Source: Oopsacas minuta (Eukaryota > Animalia > Porifera). Taken from it: 11,944 bases of DNA. Both the position numbers and the translations under genes were made by a program. The notes beneath the pieces are model-generated. The model was not told the origin of the DNA, made no database searches, and saw only the letters and a list, made by a program, of their open reading frames with translations. The DNA is taken from positions 1-11,944 of the forward strand of contig JAKMXF010000158.1 in assembly GCA_024704765.1 (NCBI GenBank), given 5' to 3'. Positions 1-8,713 of this stretch are shown here, one piece after another (the first letter of the stretch is position 1; each line of letters starts with the position of its first letter).

Positions 1-93
1 GCCATATAGTGAAGAGAAAATATTGCTATAATAGAATACCTGTACATAGAGAGAAAAAGATGTAACTGGGGCCTAATTTTTTGAAACACCCGG
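1..93. mobile_element. Probable right end of a Tc1/mariner-type DNA transposon extending off the left edge
   Basis: 68-93 read on the - strand is CCGGGTGTTTCAAAAAATTAGGCCCC, followed outward by TA (94-95). It matches 13 of the first 15 nt of the left TIR at 11348 (CAGGGTGTTTCACAA) and resembles the TIR at 1262. The partner end is not in the window. Confidence 0.5.
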
Positions 94-1261
94 TATATAT
101 GGAAATCCATACTTAGTTCTAAATCTCAATTCCACTAATAGATTCCCATCTCTTCATGGTAATATGTTTTTCACCGCGTATATCGAAGCAATTTCTTGTG
201 CGCGGAGTAGCTTGTTAATGTCTCCTGTATTTACTATGCAATGTCTATTTATGTCATGTAATTTCCGATTTATAGTATCGTAATAAAGGTTTTCCTGTAT
301 TTGGCAAACTTTGTCTGATACAAAACTATTGTCCGAATACTGTACACTTCGGATTTAACGATATGATGTGGTAATTCCATATTTGTTCCAAACGTCTGTT
401 ATATACCTTGCTCGACTTCAAAATACATTCATTATAATATGGTACAATGCTCTTACTAATATCAAACCATTCATATGTCAAACTAGTTTGGTGATATGTA
501 GTATAATGTAGCACATATAGTTGCATATATGGCTTATGTAGGTTATGGAAAATGTAATATACACTATTCAATACTTGTCGCTTCTGTTTGCCGAATTTAT
601 TACGCATGTATGCAGAAGGTTTAGAAAATATTCGAAATTTCATTGTACATATTAACTATTTATAAGTCTTTTGCATTTTGGTCGGAGGATATCTGTATGA
701 TTCAAATCTATGTAAGTTTAATACTGTATACTGTATACTTTAATTACTCACAATCCCATTATTCACTACTTTGTCTAATTTTACTAAGAATGCCTACATA
801 TACAGAAAGCATTTCTGCATTTCGCAGTATAACATGCGCCCAAATCGTAATATCCGATGTGATTTGGATGGAATTCAGGGATGTAAATTGTCAAAACATT
901 CGTAGTGTAGTTTTCTAGTATGTCGTTAACCAGAAGTATTGTGTGCAGAAAAAACTGCTTTGGGGATTTCTAGGTTAGAGAAAAGTGTTGTTATCAGCTA
1001 TTTGTCGCTAAGACCAATGTCGTTATATCAGAAGTTTACTGTACAAATATTTATAATTGAACCTCAAAATATGAATTTTCCTGATAATTTCTCAATTTTT
1101 CGATAGTTCATCGAAAGATCTTTATATATCGCATAATTTTAGTCGATTGCGTATTGTATTCAAGATTTTAACAGTTACCGAAAATAGCCAAACCATGTCT
1201 GACACAAAACTTATCATAACAGAATATGTACAATAGAATACAGTAGTATCACATTACTATA

Positions 1262-1286
1262 CAGGGTGTAACAAAAGTATTGTCGT
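1262..1286 (+). repeat. Left terminal inverted repeat of the DD37E element
   Basis: 25/25 match to the reverse complement of 2578-2602; preceded by TA. Confidence 0.95.
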
Positions 1287-1459
1287 CATATTAATATACA
1301 TAAAATTCAAATTTCACATTCGTATACAACCCTTGCTATTGATTTCTCTCAGTAAATATGTTTTTATACTAAGTTAAACTCGAGTGAAGTCAAATCTTAC
1401 AAGAATATATTTTGGAATTATTTTCGTCATTTTGGAAATTTCTACTTAATTGTTGTGAT

Positions 1460-2528
1460 ATGAATGTCCAGGATTACGGATTATCTTTAAGATCTCAGGC
1501 ATTGGGGATGCATAAAGCAGGAGAAACGCCTAAAAAGGTTGCTCAAGTGTTGAATATCAATATTCGATCAGTTCAAAGATGGGGGCGTAGCGATAAATTG
1601 AGATTTTCAATGGAATCAAAGCCTAAGTCTGGACGTCCGCCGAAAATTGATAGAGTTGCGAAAATTGTCATCGCTAAGTCTTTAGGGAAGAGAAGGCAAT
1701 CTACACGAAAGCTAGCTCTGAGATTAACGAGGAGGGGTTGTGATGTCTCTCACACCTCTGTACATCGTTATTTAAGAAAGTCTCTAGGTACTACGCCATT
1801 TAAAAGGCCGAGAAGGCCTCGATTGACCTTGAAACTGAAGAAAAACCGGATCGAATTTGCGTAGAAACATAAGGATTGGACTGCAGAAGATTGGAATAGA
1901 GTTCTGTGGTCGGATGAATCTCCATTCGAATTGTTTCCAACCCCAAACAGACAGAATGACCGGGTTTGGAGCAAGGATTCAGGTTCAATCGAACCCTGCA
2001 CAAAGATAAATTTCCGGCGAAAGTTCATGTTTGGGGCATGATGTCTCACCAAGCCCTATCCGAGCTGCATGTTATACCTCAGGGGCAAACTATTAATGGA
2101 GAGTACTATCCTACGAAGATTTTGGCTGGATCTTGCAAAGATGCGATCAATAGAAGAACAAAAAATGGATCGGTTTTACAGTGGGTCATGACTTCAAAGA
2201 TGTCCAAGATAATTTTTAAGCAAGACGGGGCTCCCGCTCATACGGCCAAGCTAACGCAAGAATGGTGCAAACAGAATCTTCCAGCGTTTTGGCAGAAAGC
2301 GAAGTGGCCTGGGAACTCACCTGACCTCAATCCCATTGAAAACTTATGGTCAATACTGAAAGACAAAGTGGAAGAGTTTGAGCAAGCAAGCACTGTGAAT
2401 AACCTCGTCAAAATTTGGATAAGGCATGGAGTGGTATTTCAGGAGATGTTTTGCAAAATATGGTCTCCAGTATGCGCAGGCGAGTAGCACTCGTATTAGA
2501 AAGACAAGGAGACTATATTGAGAAGTAA
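1460..2528 (+). pseudogene. Disrupted Tc1/mariner transposase (about 356 aa when repaired)
   Basis: ATG at 1460. HTH/GRP DNA-binding region (SVQRW..SGRPPKI), WSDES (D at 1913), KVHVWG, QDGAPAH (D at 2224), WPGNSPDLNPIENLW (E at 2338). The typical C-terminal helix LDKAWSGI..MVSSMRRRVALVLERQGDYIEK* is in a third frame ending at TAA 2526-2528. Lesions: TAG at 1862-1864 and 1-bp losses near 1997 and near 2410. Confidence 0.93.
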
Positions 2529-2577
2529 TAATGTACTAATTGTTGTATTTTAGCTTAAGTTGGATTCATTATAAAAA

Positions 2578-2602
2578 ACGACAATACTTTTGTTACACCC
2601 TG
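2578..2602 (-). repeat. Right terminal inverted repeat of the DD37E element
   Basis: ACGACAATACTTTTGTTACACCCTG followed by TA. Confidence 0.95.
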
Positions 2603-2630
2603 TATGTATATCAGTAATTATATAACTTTG

Positions 2631-2804
2631 ATGTTATTTTGATTTTATCTGTTTCTCTTACTATTATTCTATTTTACTCTACTAAAGATATCTCTAAATA
2701 TTTATTGTCTTAATTCAAGATAAAGGTGAGTAGTTTCATTATACTAATTGTTGCTGTTCTATTTTCCAGCTCCTTGTAGCCACACTAATCCCCTGGAATT
2801 GTCT
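2631..2804 (+). repeat. Dispersed duplicated segment, copy 1 (putative 5' leader exon and intron start of an NHL gene)
   Basis: Shares a 24-bp exact core GATAAAGGTGAGTAGTTTCATTAT (2719-2742 = 8641-8664) and a 28/31 block (2774-2804 vs 8683-8713) with copy 2. Contains AAG|GTGAGT, a consensus splice donor at 2726. The leader-exon role is inference. Confidence 0.8.
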
Positions 2805-2814
2805 GGCATATCAT

Positions 2815-2990
2815 CAAGGGTGGCGCTAGGGGGGGAGCGGGGGGCTACAGCCCCCACGTCGGGGAACACAAGTGAATGGTTATATATCTATCTAGTAAAA
2901 CAGTGTAGTATTCTAGGATTTAAATCACAAATTTAGAACCCCATTGGGGACCTAAGCTCCCTTGTCGGGGATTTCCTGGCGCCATCCCTG
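2815..2990. mobile_element. 176-bp hAT-type MITE
   Basis: Exact 8-bp TSD CATATCAT (2807-2814 and 2991-2998); TIRs CAAGGGTGGCGCTAGG vs CAGGGATGGCGCCAGG (13/16); GC-rich subterminal regions; no coding capacity. Confidence 0.85.
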
Positions 2991-3159
2991 CATATCATAA
3001 TGAAACTTTTAATATATTTTGTGTATCCCTCACATATCCGTGCATATTTTTTTAAGGTTCTGTGAATCCCAGGTTGCCAATCGCTGATGTAATGTATTGA
3101 ATAATCTGCCCCCCACGTATTCATTTTTGAAATATTTTCCAACCTCCTAGCATAACACT

Positions 3160-3357
3160 GCTCCTATCAGGGCAAGACCCTGGATTACTCATTCAGCTGA
3201 GGGTCTGGGGCTCCGAGTGTATGACGCCCAGTGGGTCCACCGGTGAAGCCCATTCACATAGCTTTCATAAGGCACAGGGGGCCCGTGCACCCTCCATGGG
3301 TTCTCAGGGGTAGCGTGTAGGGTAGGGTAGGTAACTATAGAAGGAAGGCCCGCCTTG
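3160..3357. mobile_element. Possible short GC-rich insertion of unknown class
   Basis: GC-rich 198-bp island bounded by the 8-bp direct repeat ATAACACT (3152-3159, 3358-3365). Contains GGGTCTGGGGCTCC, similar to the subterminal motif at about 10352-10371 of the outer hAT element. No matching TIRs found. Confidence 0.25.
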
Positions 3358-3893
3358 ATAACACTATGTGTCCTTCACATTGCCCCCAACTCCAAATCAA
3401 TTACGTACGCAGATATTAATTGTTGCATTATATTAGCAACAAATTTATACATACAAAGATTAGAACAGCTAGTGATAGGCCTGTTTAAGACTCTCAGCCC
3501 TGACCGGATCGAACCTAGATTGTCTAATTTTCGGGATATTAATATTAGAAATGATGTTTCGTTCTATAACAGTGTCTGTAATTCAAACTACTAGTGCAAT
3601 GTAATAAGATATTTTAACCAAAATATGAGTTTGAATATTTATACATTTGTAGATTCATTATATAAATGTGTTATAATTTCCCAGATAGTGGCTGTACTTA
3701 GAGATAGGCAGTGAATCCAGGCTTTTGGCTATTTTTCGGGATCGTATATTATCGGGATAGAGCTTAAACGTCTTAAGATTAGCTGTATTGTAAAAGTAGT
3801 CAAAAGATAAGGATAGCTCTGGATGGAAACTGGAAGTTGTCCCAACTGAATAAAGGTGTATCAGTAACCATTTGTATAGTAACAATATTTAGT

Positions 3894-4550
3894 TTTGACA
3901 GTACTACTAAGTATATGTTCAAATTTGGTGATAGTACAGGTGAAGGAAAGATATCCTATCCAAGAATCTTAGTTATTTGTAGTAGGAAGATTCTAATTAC
4001 TCACGACCACTGTATACTGAATTATACCATTGATGGTGAATTTATTTCTAGATTTGGTAAACAGGGAAAAGGAGAGTTAGAGTCCAACTGTCCTTCGGGT
4101 ATAGCAATCAATGAATCAAATGATGATATTTACATTTGTGATTATGCTAACAATCGAATTCAAATACTCTCATAAGATTTCCAATTCAAATCACAATTTG
4201 GTTCATTCAGACGCCCTCTTGATGTTAAACACTCTGAAGATTACATTTTTGTGCTAGATGAATCTAATCCTTGTATCCATCTATTCAATCATAACCACAT
4301 ACTCCAGAAGAGTGTAATTTCATTAGGACAAGGAAATCGAGTCATTAATCCCCAATCATTCGTTATTGATAATTCTAACAACATTCTAATTGCTGATTAT
4401 TTTTCTAATTCTATTTCTATCTTCAATCCTGAATTCCAATCAATTCACAATATTCCAGTCTCTGAGCATCCAACAGCAGTAACAGTAGACAATCATGATA
4501 AAGTTATAGTAGTGTGTTTTCATACTGTGAACTGATTACAGATATTTTGA
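3894..4550 (+). pseudogene. NHL-repeat beta-propeller gene, copy A (5'-truncated, nonsense mutations)
   Basis: Colinear with copy B from TTTGACAGTACT onward, with NHL motifs PSGIAINESNDDIYICDYANNRIQIL and HPTAVTVDNHDKVIVV. TAA at 4173-4175 aligns with CAA in B, TGA at 4533-4535 aligns with TGT, and the homologous stop is TGA 4548-4550. The N-terminal ~70 codons are absent. Confidence 0.9.
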
Positions 4551-4745
4551 TATACAACTTTATTTATGTACTTGTATTTCTTTATTTCTTTTTATCACTT
4601 GAGGAATTTCTTTGCTATTTATTCATTACCTCTTCATTACTATTTGTTTAGTATTGTAATTCTTCAATTCTACTTTTCATTTCCTTATTTCATCTTCATG
4701 GGTTTTTGTGGGTCTTCCACTAATTTTTCGAATTTTATCTATACG

Positions 4746-6850
4746 CAGAGACGGATTATGGGTATATTAGGCCTCGGGCGGACGTCCACCCCGGCCTTTA
4801 GGAGTTTATTTAGGGACACCCGACTATACTTCTACAGGCTCCTTTGGAATCATCATTTTATTATTATTCATTACCATTAATCTCTTGTGCTATAAAAATT
4901 ATTCTACGTAGATTCAAAATTATTATTTAATTATTCATGTATTACTTATAGAAGAAAATAATACTTAGAATGACATTATATAGGCCTTTTCCTACTCTTC
5001 AGATGAATAAAATCCATAATTATCTGTAAATGTCTAGATGTTTCAGTACAACACTCTCAATACTCATGACTGATAGACTGTTAAGTCGATCTTGTCCAAT
5101 TCTATTTCTGAGCTCATTTTTGATACGTTTCAGTTTTGAAAAAGACTTCTCACCACTACAATTTGATACCATCAGAGGTAAGTATATTCGAAGAGCTATT
5201 TCTATGTTAGGAAACGTTTGTGTGTGAAGGAATTCATACATGTTCAGTTCTATTGACTTCGTTTTTTCATTTGTTTGAAGCTCTACCGAAGATCTGATCA
5301 AGCTGGAAAATTGAATAAGCTCACTCTCAATCGTAGGTTCCAGATCGTTGGGATTTGAGCATGTAATATTTCCTGCAGCTTGTTTGATCATTTGATTAGA
5401 GAGAGATGGTAGTTTACACAAGAATCCGAAGTTATAGCTGATTTCTTTATATGCCTCAAGGCGATATTTTAAGTCACTTATCAACTGATCATTGATAACT
5501 TGAAACACGTCTTGTCTGAACTTATCCATTGGCGACATATTGCGATCTTCATCTCCATCATCTACATCAAAATAACGACGGTTGGGTACTCTAACTCGCT
5601 TAAGGACTAAGTTGTACTGGTCATGTCCACACAAACGATACCATGACATTGAGATTTATAGTGCTTGACTGAAAGGAGAGATTAGTTTGATGGAAGCGCT
5701 CTAAAACTGTTTCCCAAAATACAAGAAGAATGACGGAATCTAATTCGCCAAGTTTTTTAAGTATCGAACTTGCTTCATTTCGACAGTCAACCTTCTGTTC
5801 AATATCAGACTCCAAAGATAGTAATAACTCACATAAAATATTATATCCTTTGTGCAGGGCTTCCACTGCTTCATATCTTGCGGACCACCGAGTATTAGAA
5901 AGCCACTTGACTACAGACAAGCCTAGGGGCTTAAGATTTTCACAAAGAAGTCGCCATCGATACGTAGATGCTGAGAGAAAAGTGTATAACTTTTGTATAA
6001 TGTCAAAGAATCTTACAACCACTGGGCTACATTCAGCGGAACTTTTCCCCACAAGATTGAGGGAATGAGCTGCACATGGTATAAATGTCGCATATTGACT
6101 CTGTTGTTTGATGATAGTTTGGACACCTATATATTTCCCACTCATATTTGATTCATTATCATATGATTGGCCACGACAATTATTAATGTCGATTCCATAT
6201 TTTTCTAGAAAGCTTAGTATCATTTCTGCTATCCTTGTCCAGTATGACCGATCATCGGTGAAAACCTAAGAAATCTTTCCTCAGATCCAGTCGGTAAGAC
6301 ATAGCGGACAATAAATGTCAGTTGATCTGAGTGTGTAACATCGGGTGTTGAATCTACAGACACTGAATAAAACTTCGCTGATTTTAGTTCTTCGATAATT
6401 GTATCAAGAACTTTGCTACCCATTAGACTAATCAATTCCTCGCAAATGGTTGGTGACAAGTATGAAGTATGGCCCCTTCCTTCATTAACGAACATAGTGA
6501 TGTGTTGAGCAAGGAATGAATCGTATTTTGAAAGGACCTCCATCACTCCCAGATAATTACCATTACTTGGAGACCCAATGACTTTGTCTTTCCCTCTCAA
6601 CGGGAGACCCCGTTCGCAAAATATGTTATTACAGATATTGCACGCTCTATCACTTTGCGCCATACTGTCGTTGGTTTTCAAACTCCTGGATGATATGACA
6701 ATCCACCCTACCAATACTTGTTTTCTCGTGCACATAATTACCATGGCTTCTCTATGCTGCTGGCTATTTTCATGGGACGAAATTCTCTCGTCAGCATGCT
6801 TCCAGTCATTAAAGCCTTGAGTGAATGAACTAGTTATTCGTGATAGGAGC
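4746..6850 (-). mobile_element. 5'-truncated hAT DNA transposon relic
   Basis: The 3' terminus reads CAGAGACGGATTATGGG.. at 4746, similar to CAGGGCCCGGATTA at 9625. Internal hAT transposase. The other end is missing: coding sequence runs up to the N at 6851. Confidence 0.8.
4976..6850 (-). pseudogene. Degenerate hAT transposase (ZMYM1-like: TTF-type zinc-finger tail, DUF4371, RNase H-like core, C-terminal dimerisation domain)
   Basis: GFNDWKHADERISSHENSQQH; (W)RKVIERAISVITY.CERGLPLRG; SVSVDSTPDVTHSDQLTFIVRYV; CRGQSYDNESNMSG; CAAHSLNLV; LSNTRWSAR; FPNIEIALRIYL..VSNCSGEKSFSKLKRIKNELR; repaired tail IIMDFIHLKSRKRPI* ending at 4976. At least five 1-bp losses (about 6722, 6662, 6620, 6233, 5030) and an apparent larger internal deletion near 5640. 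Confidence 0.92.
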
Positions 6851-6851
6851 N
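6851..6851. other. Single ambiguous base N at a hAT/NHL junction
   Basis: The only N in the window. hAT coding sequence ends immediately to its left and the NHL acceptor region begins to its right. Confidence 0.95.
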
Positions 6852-6860
6852 TGACTATTT

Positions 6861-6887
6861 GTATTAATTCCTCTTATATATATTTAG
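6861..6887 (+). promoter_or_regulatory. Putative 3' splice acceptor of NHL copy B
   Basis: Pyrimidine/AT-rich tract ending TTTAG (AG at 6886-6887), followed by CAATA-ATG (6893). Confidence 0.55.
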
Positions 6888-6892
6888 CAATA

Positions 6893-7779
6893 ATGGACAC
6901 AGATAATCCTATTGAACCACAACCTATTGAGAATAATTTAGAGAGAGTGAGACCTGAAATTGATTACACAAGGAAGATTAAACCTCTACTGTGTGCTAGT
7001 AAGAGAGGAGACGGAAATGATGAACTTATCCATCCACTTGATGTCACAGTTGAGAAGATGACTGGATATATTTATATAGCAGGTTTTTTGAATGACTGCG
7101 TTAGAGTATTTGACAGTACTGCTAAGTATATATTCAAATTTGGTGACAGTATAGGTGAAGGAAAGATGTCCTATCCAAGAAGTTTAGTTATTTGTAGGAG
7201 TAGGGTTTTAATTTCTCATGCCCACTGTATATTGAATTATACTCTTGATGGTGAATATATTTCTAGAATTGGTAAACATGGAAATGGAGAATTAGAATTC
7301 CACTATCCTTCGGGTATAGCAATCAATGAATCTAATGATGATATTTATATTTGTGATTATTATAACAATCGAATTCAAATACTCTCACAAGATTTCCAAT
7401 TCAAATCACAATTTGGTTCATTCACATTCCCTCATGATGTTAAACTATCTAAAGATACATTTATGTGATAGATAAATCTAATCCTTGTATCCATCTATTC
7501 AATCATAACCACATACACCAGAAGAGTGTAGTTTCATTAGGACAAGGATATCAAGTTATTGATCCCTTCTCATTCTTTATTGACAATTGTAACAACATTC
7601 TAATTGCTGATCATTCTTCTAATTCTATTTCTATCTTCAATCCTGAATTCCAATCAATTCACCATATTCCAGTCTCTGGGCATCCAACTTCAGTGACAGT
7701 AGATAATCATGATAGAGTTATTGTGGTGTGTGATTTTACTGTAGGCTGTCTTACTGTGAACTGTCCACAGATATTTTGA
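6893..7779 (+). CDS. NHL-repeat six-bladed beta-propeller protein, copy B (295 aa if one 1-bp deletion is repaired; may be a pseudogene)
   Basis: Six NHL blades: HPLDVTV, YPRSLVI, YPSGIAI..DYYNNRIQIL, FPHDVKL, DPFSFFID..ADHSSNSISIF, HPTSVTVD. The supplied ORFs 6821-7468 and 7465-7779 join by restoring one T at 7456/7457 (GAT-AC vs GAT-TAC in copy A). TRIM71/LIN-41-like domain, but no RING or B-box is visible in the window. Confidence 0.88.
7736..7765 (+). repeat. Diverged 15-bp in-frame tandem duplication in the last blade of copy B
   Basis: TTACTGTAGGCTGTC / TTACTGTGAACTGTC (12/15). Makes B 5 aa longer than A and C at this position. Confidence 0.8.
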
Positions 7780-8551
7780 TATACAACTATATCTATGTGT
7801 GTATTTCCCTATTGCCTTTTCTTTTCTTTCCCTTTCTTGACTCCCCGTATTAACTCATTCCATATTTCATTGTTATCATTTGAATAATTTGTTATCTTAT
7901 TTCTTAATTACTTCTTCCATTTCTATTTGGTAATTATAGTAATTTTTCATTAATAATTTCCTATGCATTCTTTATTTGTTTTTGGTGGCTCATTCCCTAG
8001 ATTTATAAACTATATGTTTAAGACCACTGTTACTTAAATATTCATTTGTTTTACTTCCACCTAAACATTCTAGCGTGGGGTATTTCATTATAATTATCCC
8101 ATTCTTTTGTAGCTGCTTATTGGATAGAAGTTACCGTATAGTACACAATCTCCCTTTGCTTTAGCCTATAATTTTACCTTTCTCTAGGGATTAGAAATGA
8201 CTCAATAATTCATAACGAAATTCACTTAAATACGCATACATGGTTGGTAGAATTTGAAATAGGCATCCGTGGTATTTCAAATTGCTGCGAAATTCAACTA
8301 TTCCTAAGGAAATGTAAACAATTTGACAAATGACAACATAGAATATTCTTAGTTTGAATTTCCATTCGAAGGAATGATAGATCAAGAAATAACTGAAACA
8401 GAGCATTCCGTTCGACTCAACCTGGTATTTGTTCAGTTCGTTTGGTTTACTTCAGTTGATATTGGAGTTATCAAGCGTTCGTTCTGCTCCTCTTAGGGAA
8501 TTGTGGTTCTATTCGTTCGTTTAATGTCGTTTAGCTGCTGTTCTGCACTAA

Positions 8552-8713
8552 ATGTTATTTTTTTGATTGTATATAATTTCTGTTACTATTATCCTATTTC
8601 TTCTTCTAAAGATATCTATAGATTATTCGTCATAATTTATGATAAAGGTGAGTAGTTTCATTATTTAATTATTTGGTTACATTTGTAACCACACTAATCT
8701 CCTGGAAGTGTCT
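8552..8713 (+). repeat. Dispersed duplicated segment, copy 2 (putative leader exon and donor)
   Basis: Homologous to 2631-2804; donor GTGAGT at 8648. Confidence 0.8.

Larger units (their letters stand above)
1262..2602 (+). mobile_element. Full-length (1341 bp) Tc1/mariner (IS630-Tc1-mariner) DNA transposon, DD37E type
   Basis: Perfect 25-bp TIRs CAGGGTGTAACAAAAGTATTGTCGT (1262-1286; reverse complement 2578-2602), TA on both sides (1260-1261, 2603-2604), and an internal transposase. Confidence 0.96.

Noticed and set aside
3506-3515. GGTTCGATCC (Pol III B-box / tRNA T-loop-like) on the - strand, and GGTTCGAACC near 8728
   Set aside because: No T-stem pairing, A-box or cloverleaf around either, so no tRNA or SINE can be supported.
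3658-3885. - strand peptide ..KSLDSLPISK.. resembling the WNSLP tail of CR1/L2 LINE reverse transcriptases
   Set aside because: The key W/N residues and flanking motifs are absent; similarity is too weak.
1862-4535. Alternative genetic code or stop readthrough (TAA/TAG = Gln, TGA = Cys), since TAA 4173 aligns with CAA and TGA 4533 with TGT
   Set aside because: Single substitutions explain these. TAA and TGA terminate the transposases and NHL copies at the expected positions, and long frames contain no other in-frame stops.
3160-6850. 10-bp inverted match GCTCCTATCA (3160-3169) / TGATAGGAGC (6841-6850) adjacent to the N
   Set aside because: It does not extend on either side and the 6841 copy is hAT coding sequence; a 10-mer inverted match is expected by chance in 12 kb.
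8191-8560. Purine-rich - strand stretch that looks like decayed coding sequence
   Set aside because: Multiple stops in every frame and no recognisable motif.
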